Positions 42,401 to 53,634 of a stretch of 64,000 nt of DNA are shown here, piece by piece. Made by a program: the position numbers and the translations under genes. This stretch comes from Zygnema circumcarinatum SAG 698-1b. Lineage: Eukaryota; Plantae; Zygnematophyceae. Each line of letters starts with the position of its first letter. Within the stretch, counting starts at the first letter, position 1. The stretch is from contig CM074805.1 in the NCBI GenBank assembly GCA_037447605.1, positions 4,931,361 to 4,995,360 on the forward strand. Reading direction: 5' to 3'. The notes below the pieces were generated by a model. It made no database searches and was not told the origin of the DNA. It worked only from the letters and a program-made list of their open reading frames with translations.

Positions 42401-44131
42401 CCTCTTTCTCCACTCCCTTTTCGCTTCCTCTCTTCTCCCCCTATCTCTTCTCTCCCACCACTCTCTATCTGCATCTCTTCAAACTTGCATTTGCAAATAC
42501 CTCTTTGTTATGCTCGCTTTTCCTCTGTAATGGCTTAATGTTGTGCGATAAAACCGTATCGATTGAAGCGATTGAGACATCTATAGGAATGACCGACTGG
42601 ACCCACCAATCAAATGATTGCTCCGAAGTGAATTTTGCGGAGGTTTTGAGACTCCAATCGATAGGTAAAGTCTTCACAGAAGATGTGAGGTCTTGGATTA
42701 TCTCCTCGTCTTTAGCTTCACTTGAAGAGGCCTCCGTCAGAAGGCGGAAAAGCTCATCTTTCGGAGGGGGCAGAGTCACAGCAAGCGCCTTTGAAACAAC
42801 AAGTTCCTGCATGCAAACCATTTCTTGAAGTTGAGAAGACAGGCAATTGTGATATAGGGCCAGGAAAAGCGGACCATAATGCGTTTAGTCAGCTTATTCA
42901 GAACGATTGTAGAAGCTTCCAAAATCTTTTCAGAAAAGAAGCATCAGAATGGTTGCTCTGAAAACTGAAAACTCTTGAACTCTTTCTTACGGTGCAAGAG
43001 ACAGGAGGTTCTGCTTCAAGGGGTGCAGCCGAGCTGATAATTGTCTTGAAAGAAACCTCCCCACGTTGCTCCAGTTGCCCTTTGTTTTTCGCAAAACATG
43101 GAGCTGTAGCCCTAGAAAACCAGATGAAATGGATGGCAAAGGCAGAGTCTCACAGACAATCAGATTTTGTTCCACAGAGCAGCACTTCAACCGAGGAGGA
43201 AACCGATTCCTTGCTTACCTCCAGGATCCATGTCCTTCCATTCTTGTCCTTGAGCTTTCGATAGAATCAACTGGAGAATTGGATGTGTGATTGACCTACA
43301 AGTGCAAAAATAAGTGATAAAGAACGTAATTAAACATGGCATAAGACCAAAGGCAGATATCGTCCACATTGCATAAATGATCTAGAAATGAAAGCTCGAC
43401 ATTAGTATACAGAAGATCACCAGTACATTTTGATGGAAGGAGGCAAACGGAGTTTCCACAAAAGTTGCGTTGAACAGGCGAGCAGCTTGGGAGCCGGCAT
43501 GGAACACTTTGTCCTCGGTTGCTCTGCACCTAACACTTGTTGTTATTCACAGCCACAACCGTCGGATACACACTGATGCCGGAGTGAGCTGGAGTTGCTT
43601 TACAAGCGAAACTACTGTAAAGCTGACCGAAACTAAATCTGGCCATTTCTGTGAATGTATTGCTCTCGTCTCAAGAACTATGTGGGGTAAGGATTCCAAG
43701 CACCTGCTTGTCTTTGTCGACTCCGCAACTTTTCTGCGCTTTAATTGCTCAAGCTGAAAGGAAAAACGACACAAGACAATTCTTTTCAAATGTAACTCAT
43801 TCATGCGTTCATATACGTCATTTGTCAATTAAAAAGTGGACGGCGGCAGGGTAGGTAGAAGGGAAAGCTTCAAGCACCAAGTGATATTGGCAGTGTGAAG
43901 GCAGATGACCACTCAGAGGGTGAAAGAGAGAGAAAGAGAGAGAGAGAGAAAGAGAGTAGCGGGAAATTCCATACGCACCCGAAGCTCAGCAGGTGTCTTC
44001 CGCTTCTCCTTCGCGTTCGACGCCGGTACCTCTCCGTTGGCGCGCCGCTCGTGGAGCGCCTCCCTGCCCCCTTCCCTTCTTCCCGTTCCCTTATCTCTCG
44101 CACTCTCCCTCTCCATTCTCTCTCGCTCCAT
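39488..44131 (-). CDS. DONSON: DONSON (downstream neighbor of SON) replisome/CMG-assembly factor homologue, multi-exon
   Basis: KRKTPAELR|LEQLKR, TLPIDWSLKTSAKFTSEQSFDW, FRKSLLSWVHP, AWVESFQSLYWMFR and SRSTRGLR. Confidence 0.85.
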
Positions 44132-46216
44132 TCCGAAAACCGGCTCTCTAATCGGCTTCCTGGACCGATCTCCGAGCTTAATCCTAATCCTTTACCCTAA
44201 TTCAATCCCTAGCCTTGTCCCTAATAGCCCTAACCCTAACCCTAATCCTGAGCCCGGATGCATAACCTTAATCTTTAGAGAGGGGGACGTCTTGGCCCCA
44301 CTACGAAGAGGGCCCTTCCTCCGCCCCTGCTCGCAGGGCTCCACTTTTGGAACCCTAAAATTCAAAAAGGCGAAAGAGCGGGAACGCGGTACAAACGATA
44401 CGATATTTTACGATATGTCCATACGCTCGTATCTGCGATAATATCGACATGCCCAATATCGTATCGCCATATACATTGACCACGATATGGTATCGGCTGG
44501 CTCGGAGCTGCCCGTTACAGGCGGTGCAAGGTCCTGACCATGGCGGCCATCCGTTGAAGCGTGGAGGGCAAAGGCTTGCGGCTGACTTCGGGGAAGAAGG
44601 TGACCGTTTCTTTCCCTTTTTTTTTTCTTTTGTTTTGGGAGCATTTATTTGCTATTCTATTTCATCCGGATTGGAATAGACGCTTATGCGGGCAGAGGTA
44701 GTATGCTGCTGTAATTAGGGTTTGCTATGTGAGACGTTGGCGATGGCAGAGAGGACCATTTAGGGTTTCTGGCAGCGTGGGTGCGTTGAAGTGGGCGGTT
44801 ATTTGTGGTGGATTTAGGGTTCGGATGTCGTCGAGGGCGATGCAAGTGTGCACATCCAGGACATCGCTGCTCCCTTTTTTTTTCTTCGCAGCTTCGCCCT
44901 GTTGCATCCCGTCGGCTGCATTTGTTGCAATATTGCATTATTCTGATATCTGATGTATGCGTCTTTTCGATGATGCCAAAAGCACTGCTCTACTTGCAAT
45001 GCTTTGTCGACCGCTTTCATATCTGTGTCAGTCCTATATGTCTCAAATCCGTACCTTCGGCACTCTTTTTCTTTTTCGAGGCTACTCATTAAGATTTCTG
45101 CGCAAAGAAATGCACTTTTAGAAAAGCATCTTCCGGTTTCAAGGCCTTCAGACTTGGCGTAAATGTGCAAAGTTGCGGATGAATAACTGCCAGGATAGCC
45201 TTTTAGAGTCTGTTGTTTCCTGTGATGATAGAGAACAGTCTACACATTCTCAGCATGAGACTACTGTGATCTGTAATTTCCTGCCAAATGCTTTTGCTTA
45301 TGTTTTGTAAATGCCTTCCTTTTTCTTGATATTCAAAATTCAGGTTCCATCGTGTACGGTTTTAATGTAGGATAGAGTCTTTATGCTTTAGGTTTATGGT
45401 TTAACCCCCCAGGTTTCTGGCTGAAGGCCTACGATTTTGGTTTGAGGATTTTTTTCTCTACGGTTGCAGTTCAGGTTAGTATGTGAGGCTATGGCTTTTG
45501 AATTTGAGGCTACAGCGGGCTCAGGCTAGGCTTTTATGACAGGCTTCAAGGTCTAATGCTAAGCGTTAGAGTGAGGTTAGATATTCGGTTTAGGCGTTAG
45601 GGTCAAAGGCTACAGCCAGAGTTATGTTTAGGTTTAAAATAAAGGTTAAAGCTAGGATTAGATTTTTAGGTGTTTACGTGTTTGATCTAGTTGTTAGAGC
45701 TCTATTTTTTTTTATAGGTTCTTTGTCACTGTTAGGAGGTGTCAGTGATAATGAGTTAGCTGATGCATCAGAAGATTTGGCTTTCAAGACTTGGCAAGTT
45801 CTAGGTTGCTTAGTAGCCTTGAGCTCTTGCAAGGTTTGCGAAGTTCTTTATGGAGAGCCTATGGAGTTTTGGGGTCCTTCAGAGTTACCGTATGCCTTAT
45901 AGTTGTTCAAGATCGATTATCAGTTTTTTTTGAGCGATTGAATGCTGCTTGAATTTTTGAAAGTTTGGAGAGACTCTCTCGCGTTATCGGAAATCACAAG
46001 TTGAGCTGCCCCGTTGTCAATGGTCAGAAACTTACTTCTGTTTCCTGACAATGGAATCAGCTGGTGCACCGATACTCGTCGTTATTGCTCTCATTATAAG
46101 CTTCACTAGTCCCAGTAAATGCTGCGGTTCTCAATGGACGCAATGTCGAAGCTGCTGAAAATGCTTGTTGAGTATGTTGTTTGGACTGAGCGGTCAGAGC
46201 AGACAGCGAATCCAAG

Positions 46217-46718
46217 ATGGGAGGCGGCGGCCATGGCCACGGACACTACCCGGGGTACCCCACGGAAGTTTGGAGCCCCACCGGAGGGTGGTTTGCAGAT
46301 CCGAAGCATTGGAGGAGGAATACTGCATTTGCATTCATCGGAATTTTCGCAGTCTGCGTTCCAATTGCAATGAAGTCAGCGCAACTTGAGGTGGGTTTAG
46401 CAGTGTGCCTCGTTACCCTTTCGTGAAGTGTGGCTGAAGCTTAAGAGTCAACTTTTTTGACTGGTGTTTCCCTTCGCTTCGCTTCGCTAGAGTTGTTGCC
46501 GAACAAAGAGACTTCGTTAGTAACTGCAATCTGGTTTTTGAGTCTTCATTCAGCAACAAGAAGGTCCTGGTTTTCTTTTGAATCGTGTATTGAACTTATT
46601 CTTCATTTCACTGCGTCTCCTCTCTTTGCAGCAAAGACCTCATCTTCCAATCAGGCCTATTCCAAGTCAGTTGTGGTGCAAAAACTTTGGTACGCCAACA
46701 GATGCTGATAGCGAGTGA
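46217..46718 (+). CDS. Small mitochondrial complex I accessory subunit (At4g00585-like); exons 46217-46390, 46632-46718
   Basis: VWSPTGGWFADPKHWRRNTAFAF...AQLE|QRPHLPIRPIPSQLWCKNFG matches the recalled plant sequence; the subunit name is uncertain. Confidence 0.8.
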
Positions 46719-47734
46719 CTGCCGGCTTGGAAATTGCGGGCAGTTATCGTGGCTTTCTATCTGTTCTAGATTTCGAAGTGACTGGGTGTAGCATCTCTAT
46801 CGCTCTCTGGTTTAAGAAATCGCCAGTTGAAGATTCCTTTTTCAGATCAGTGCAGCGTGACGTGATTGGACATATTCATAGTTTGTTTAGCGATTTGCCT
46901 TTCTGTTCAATTCTGAACCAATCTATACTATGAAATTTTCTTTCAAGTTTCTGGTGATGATTGATTGGTGTGTTTTGGTGGAGAGTTTGACTGCCTTTTA
47001 TCTAGGAACGTGATGCTACTCTTACCGATAGGAATTGGTCAGGATAAATGAGTAATCTCCCTGGGATACAAATGATACATGCCACAGGTGTGAAACAATT
47101 TACAAATATTTACGTTCATTGAGATTGTAGTAGACGAGATCTTTTGGCATTTTTCCCGTATAGGGTGGATTAGGCATAGGACATGAAGTTTGTATAGTAA
47201 TGAGTATACACACACGGCGTTTGATTTGGGAGAAATGGAAAAAAACGAACAAAGACAATGTGTTCTGCATAGGGTGATAGCGTCGTTTCGTACTACGTCA
47301 GGGAGTGGAAGAGAGTCAAGCACAAAACATGCAGTATAAAAACCTCACAATTACACCCAAGCTGAATTTTCCAGAAATGCGAAAGGTAGTATGGGGATCC
47401 GGAATTCATTTTCTAAAAGGACGCGATGAAAGTCTCAAGTGCAACAATATGACAAAGTGGACCCGCGTCTATATTAACTCCTGCATTTACCTCTCCCTTG
47501 TGGGAGAGCGTTTCCGCTTAACAACTTCCACACTCTAATAAACACGCTTTTCTATGTCTAACGCCGATTCGTACCGTCGGAAAGGACCCAAGCGATGTGC
47601 ATTCCTCTCCTGAAAAGGAAGAAGGGTAAAATATACAAAGAGGCTTGCTTTATTTCACAAGAATAATGAAGGACAGCAGGTGAGCCCGTTGAGGTTCCTC
47701 CCGCTCCTCTTCTTTTCTCCCTCACTTTCTCCAC

Positions 47735-48455
47735 TTAAGCGAGGAAACCAAGTTTTTCCCCGTTTTTCTTCGCGAGGCGGATGAGTCCTTGCCTCTGCTT
47801 CGCGTCAGCCCCAACCGATTTGCAGAACTCCGTGATCACCTGAATTCCACCACATCGAAAGACCATCGTTCAATTTCACTATTTTGTAAAAGACAGCAGA
47901 AGACACAGAGAGGGAGACTGAGGGAGAGAGAGAGAAAGGCGGAAAGAAAACGAGGAAGAGACTTACAAACCCTCTGTTCAAGCACCCACCCGCAATCAGC
48001 CTCATTGCAGTCTACCCGCGTGCCAGAAGAACAATCGCAGCCCTCGATCTCACCAGCAGAAACGGCCAAAAAACAAACTCTCAAACGGCCAAAAAACAAA
48101 CTCTCAAACGCCCAAAATGAACCCTCTCAAGGAGCCCCGCCCCGCCCCTAACAGGCTGTACCTGCGAGTGCAGCGCAATGCCCTTTCCGCGGAGTTGGTT
48201 GAACTGCTTCGCTCCGATCGCCTTCCGCACCACCACAACGATAGGCGCGAAGACCCCCTTGCCCTCGTGCGGGTTCGCCATCCTCACTTGGCTCCTGGAA
48301 GAGACCGCTCCGCTTGCGGGCCGTGCAACCGATGAGTTCAACTCTCTCCTCCCGAAGCCTCTGAACCCTGACTGCTGGGAAGCCACTCCTTCCCTCTCCC
48401 CCTTCAACCCGCAGGTCGCCGGAACAGCCACCGAGCTCATCACTACCGCTGCCAT
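47735..48455 (-). CDS. PGR5: PROTON GRADIENT REGULATION 5; exons 48162-48455, 47735-47839
   Basis: Transit peptide, then EGKGVFAPIVVV..NQLRGKGIALHSQ|VITEFCKSVGADAKQRQGLIRLAKKNGEKLGFLA*. Confidence 0.97.
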
Positions 48456-48663
48456 GCCTCTCTTCCTCTGTGCCTCTCTTCCTCTCTCCCTACCCTCACT
48501 CCTTCCCCTTTCCTTTTGTCCACCTCCTACCTCTTCAGACCTTTTACCCAAATTCTGTGCTTCAGAAACTGATGCTGAGCTTGACGCAGTCTTTCTCTCT
48601 CACGAAATAGCGAGTGAATTACTAAGTCAGGCGGCGAGGTAGCGATGTAGGAGTGCCCGAGCT

Positions 48664-48672
48664 GTATATAAG
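48664..48672 (-). promoter_or_regulatory. Candidate TATA element for PGR5
   Basis: TATATA core ~210 bp upstream of the PGR5 ATG, before a CT-rich 5' leader. Confidence 0.4.
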
Positions 48673-49375
48673 GCTGAGAGCCGGTGGAGCGACCCGCCTG
48701 GGCGGGCGGGCAGCGGCCCCCCTCTCCGTGGACCACGAGAAGGTGCAGCCGCCGGCCGCCCGGGAGAGGGCGGGCGGGTCTGAGGCCCACGCACGAGCCA
48801 CGTCGGGCCGCCGCGGCCGTCCGATGGCGCCCACGGACGGTCCCGATGCGTCCGCGCCGCTCCGAAGCCCGTTTCTCCCGTTTCGTGCACGACACGTGTC
48901 CCGGACGGCGGGCGCGCGAGCCAATGGCTGCGGGGGAGGGGAAGGACGAATGCGTACTTTGCAAGTGCGTATCAGCCACGTGGTGGAATGTGAGGCGTGC
49001 TGGGATCCAAATCTACGCGCTGATTGGCTGATGGAGTGGTCGCCTCCGCGGCGGCGATGGACGGCCGTGCGCTTCCAGAAGGGCGCCTGTCGCCGTACAG
49101 TGAGCCGTACGAATCGGATTTTTTGTCCCCTTGTTTGGAATTTTGGTTGTACGAATTGGCACGGCGTTGAATGCACACGGACAAAAGTGTAAGGACAACC
49201 GTACACAGATGGCTTCGTCGAAGCTTCGTATCCAATATTGTATCGGAATATATGTAAAATATCGGATACGATATTTATGGCTTTCGCGGCAGGCGGAGGT
49301 CGATACCAGTCGGCGTGACAGGTGTCACGCGATGCTGTCTCGCCTTTCTCGTCGCTCATTCCAGCCACATTCATG

Positions 49376-49428
<53 letters not shown>

Positions 49429-49751
49429 TTTAGGTCACTTCTCTCTCTCCCTCTATCTTCCCTCGTCTCTATTCTGCACGATGGGGCTTAAATCTTAGCA
49501 TTCTCGCTACATAAATGAAATAAAGATCGTTACTGTCAGGTAGGGGGTGCTGTGAAAACAAACGTACGAGTTCCGATTGCCTTTCCTACAGATTTTTTGT
49601 AAGATTGAGCCCTCCTATTTGTGCTCGTTTTCAGGTTTCCTGTCTCAAACCCTTGTTGTCACTGCTTCGCCCTCCTCTCTCCCCTCTCTTTCCCCCGCTC
49701 ATGAGGCGTACCGTAGGCTAGCGGGTATCTCCTTTCCTCCATCCACCCGCC

Positions 49752-52438
49752 ATGCCGGCCGCCCTCCTCCCTTCCGCCCGCCTCAGCCATGGCTCCTCTT
49801 CCGCGAGGAGACTACTCTCTCGAGAGGAATCGCTTGAGGATGTCGCCTGCTCCAGCAACTGCTTCAGAGCAGCTCCCTCAGCTTCTGGGGAGGAACCAAG
49901 TTCGTCAACTTCTTCATTCTTTCTCGCGGGAAAGAGCTCTGCGGGATCAGCAGCATTTGACAGCTTCATTTATTCAAGCAGGAAAGGGGAGCTCAGATTT
50001 CAAGCATCGAACGCTTGTAGGAAGATTAGGGCTAGCAGACGGTACAGTAGCAGTGGCAATTTCGGTGATTCTTTTCAATGTAGCGTCCACGCTCACGCAA
50101 GAGAGGTAGAGTTAGGGTTGTGCAACAGCGGGAGGGACTGGGGATTATTTAGTAGAAGTAGAGTATGCAGCGGGTGTAGAGCAGCAGCAAGATTTGAAGG
50201 AGGACGGAGAGGAGGATTGAGCGCGCTGTCATATGATGATGGAGCTGACTCTGCAATGTTGAATATGGAAGATGGGATCATGGAGGGGCCTTCTTGCATA
50301 TATGTGGGTCCCGTTGAAGACGCCGACGTGAGCCGGTTGGAGGCGCTTTATCAGCAGGTATTGATGCATGCATGTTCGCATGAACACATATATGTGTGGG
50401 TATCGTGTACGTGTACTATAACCTGCACACATGGATGCTTGCATGTATCCGTACGTGTTTATGTATGCATTACATGTATGTTGGCAGCACTTTTTCCGGT
50501 TTCGGTTTTGGCAGCCCGCATGCAAATACCTGTTCCAGTAGACTTAAGAGTTCTTTCAGGAATACCATTATCTTTTGATCTTATGTCCCGAATACTGAAG
50601 CTTGATGACCTTACTCGGCATGCTGTAAGGTTAAGAGTGAAGACGTCGGGAAAGACATAGGGTAGGGGAGGAGAGAAGTTTGAGGGAATGAGAGAGGGAG
50701 AGAGAGTACGAGGAGGAGAGAGAGCGAGAGGAGCGAATCCTTCATTTCGATATTGTTCTGATTTGCCCTTCGAATGCTGCACAGGCTCGAGACGAGTACT
50801 ACAGTGGCCATCCTCTCATTTTGGACGAGATGTTTGACAAAGTCGAGGTGAGTTGGTGAAGAAAAGCATGAATGAAGGAAATTTCTCGCATGTTTTACGG
50901 AATTATGATTTCATAATTCTATCATGCTTTGCAAGGGTATGGGTTAGCCCTTCAAGAGTCGCAAAGGTAGGGACTGAAAGCATATTTACAAAGATTGTAA
51001 TGCGAAGGGTTCCATCAGCAAACCTTATGCGTAGGTGACGGAGAGATGTTTCTTTGAAATTTGGCAGCTAAAGCAGAATGTGGAATGCGGGATGGTCTTT
51101 GGTCTGTTTTCTGCAGAAAAAGTTGCGCCAGTTTAGGTCAAAATTGGTTCGAAAATATCCGCGCTGCAGTTTGAGGCGATATACTGCATATGCTGATGCG
51201 GAGGTTTGATTTCTCAACACTTCAAACTGTTTCGAAAAGTAGACTGATTGCTGGCAGAAGCACGTCCGCGTAAATCTTCACTTTTCCCACTCGCTTGTTG
51301 CAGGGACTTGTATCGTGAGCCTTAAACTGTATAGAGAACGCTTCCCATCCCCTGCGTTGCATTTCTTCATTGCCTGAGCTTGGGTATTTTTCAATAGAAT
51401 ACCATGTGGATGCTCTGATCAAAAGTCATAGATTTTTCATGGCATTTCAACACTTGCACTGCATTCACTTCATACTGAAAGTAGGTAAAAGTGATTTTTT
51501 CTTTTCAAGTTCTGAAGTCAAGTGTGGTGGAATTGAGGTGCAGTTCGACCAGTCGCAGATGATTGCCCTCGCCGGAGTATGGTCTCTCCTTCTGGCAGGA
51601 GGAGTCGGCCTCATTGCGGTGGCTCCAATATGCCTCGCCCTGCAGGCGTACCGCCACTCTTTGGCCATTCACAGTGGAGAATTGGGTTCTGCAATCCTGT
51701 ACTTGAGCTCTCCGATGGCGCTAAACGGAGGGCTGTTGGGAGCACTGGGCTTCGTGCTTGGCGCAGCCGTCGCTACAGCTGCAGGTAGGATGGAGTTTTG
51801 CTTCTATGTCTATGTAGATCTACTTGCTGCCACTATCTCCACAGCCTCTCCTTACTCGTCTTCTTCTTTTTACTCACCTGCTCTCCGTGTCCTTCCTCGT
51901 TTCGAGCGTCTATCATCAATAAGGGAAGGGTGTGAGTAACAGATGGGAAGAGGGGGGGCTGCGGTGTGTGCTTCACAGTGCGATCTTTGAAGGAGGTGCT
52001 GAAGGGTAGCCTGGTGGCCCTTAAGGGCACTTGCCCTGCGTGTGGGGAGGAGGTGTACGCTTTCATCAGAGCAGAAGGGTCGGTACGCCCGAGACAAAAG
52101 TCCGAATGCCACGTGTGCGAACAGCCACTAGTGTTTCACGCAACACTGGAGGTACGAATCCTCTCACTGCTGCTTTGCACTCCTTAGTGAATGGTCCTTA
52201 CTCGGGGGTTCTCCTTAGCGGCGAGGAGACGAGCGAAAGCAGAAGGAACCGGGACGCTTATATTGCAATGGGATCGGGTTGTGCCAGCAATGTGTGTCCT
52301 TCAGCGGATTAAAGAAGCGTTTGGAATGTGTTTTTACGATGTCATGTGCAGGAGTCTAAGGGGCACATATGGGCCTTCGGGAGGATATATCTCGTGATTC
52401 GCACAGCGGATCTCTCTCCTCGGCCGGATGTGCACTGA
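49752..52438 (+). CDS. PGRL2: PGRL2-like (At5g59400-type) member of the PGRL1 family, ~6 exons
   Basis: MEGPSCIYVGP..LEALYQQ|ARDEYYSGHPLILDEMFDKVE|..KYPRCSL..ADAE|TM pair|ALKGTCPACGEEVYAF..CHVC..|WAFGRIYLV; closer to PGRL2 than to PGRL1 (which has a CPNCGTEN-type motif). Confidence 0.85.
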
Positions 52439-52959
52439 TTAGGAGTCGGATGGTGAATAACGATTGGACCCAAGCAGGTGTTGCACTCGTATGGTGGAAC
52501 GTTGTGTTTTCGACGAGGCCTATTGCAAAGGCTTTGAAACTTTCGCCTGATGTAGTTTGAGTAAGTGCGTTGTCCTATGAGACGGGCAAAGAGCGAATGA
52601 GCAGCTCTAGTTGCCCAATTCTTAGTTAGGGTTTCATTGCTCGTTTTTTCTCATTTCTGTTACCCAAGTCGGGCAACACATGAGGTCGCCACAGCTGCTG
52701 CACTTCCCCTGAAGTGTGGCCCTGTGAGCTTGTTTATTGTTCAGCTTTACTTAATAGTCACTGCAGAAAACACTCTTTTGCGTATTGTTACTGGTTCGCC
52801 CATAATGGAAGGCTCGACAGGCATGCTGTAATCAAGCGGGTATGCTCGCTGCTCTATGAACTCTACTTGTTGGAGTGACACCACGGCTTTAGAAACTAGT
52901 GCAAGATTGGTTTTTTTTACCAATCAATGAGAACACTTCTGCATTTGGCAATCACAACA

Positions 52960-53355
52960 TGCGGTTACTTAATTGAAAGACCCAATTGAGCGAGCAGCTT
53001 GCTGAAAGGAACCTCCAAGAGCAACACATCCGACCAAAAGTGAAAATTGTTTCGGTGTCTTGATTTCCATTAAGTATGCCTCGCGGTGATTTCCTTATTC
53101 CTGCTGCTCCTGGTCGTTGAAGGCAATTTGGGTGAACAAGCTTAGAGCATGCTGCACACTAACGACTTCCAAGTCATCTGAATGAAGGAGCATCTCCCCA
53201 ATAATTAGGTCGACTACCGATTTGTCGATGGTGAAATGCAGCAATGCAGTACCTTCGAAATGAGCATTCAAATTATTGGCAAAAGGTGGGTCGACATCCT
53301 TGAAAAACGAGTCACGTTCTAATAGTGACTTAAACTCTTTGTACTCAGTCCCCTA
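52960..53355 (-). pseudogene. Degenerate DNA-transposase fragment (hAT-like family recalled from oomycetes, bryophytes and red algae)
   Basis: Hand translation: EYKEFKSLLERDSFFKDVDPPFANNLNAHFEG..LHFTIDKSVVDLIIGEMLLHSDD....HALSLF..*..YLMEIKTPKQFSLLVGCVALGGSFQQAARSI, with in-frame stops. It is absent from the ORF track. Confidence 0.55.
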
Positions 53356-53634
53356 GAGTTTTTCAAAACCAATTAGGGGGCAGTCCCCTATATTAGGCCG
53401 AAATCCCTTATTTGAGGAGGCCTGCGTAAGGTATGTCTGATGTAGTCATGTGGGGAAGTGCGAGCCATCATGCCGTACGGTACGGCACACCATATCGACA
53501 ATATCGTACTGTCGTCACGATATCAGTTATCGCGAGGAAGCCGCCGATACGCGCGGCGGCGGAGCCCTGCGCCTCCCTCCCTCCCGCCTTCCCCCTGCCT
53601 GCCACGTGGCAGAGCGAGAGCGCAGCAGGGCGCC

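Noticed and set aside
45215-45275. Box C/D snoRNA candidate (GTGATGA)
   Set aside because: No properly placed CTGA box D or terminal stem.
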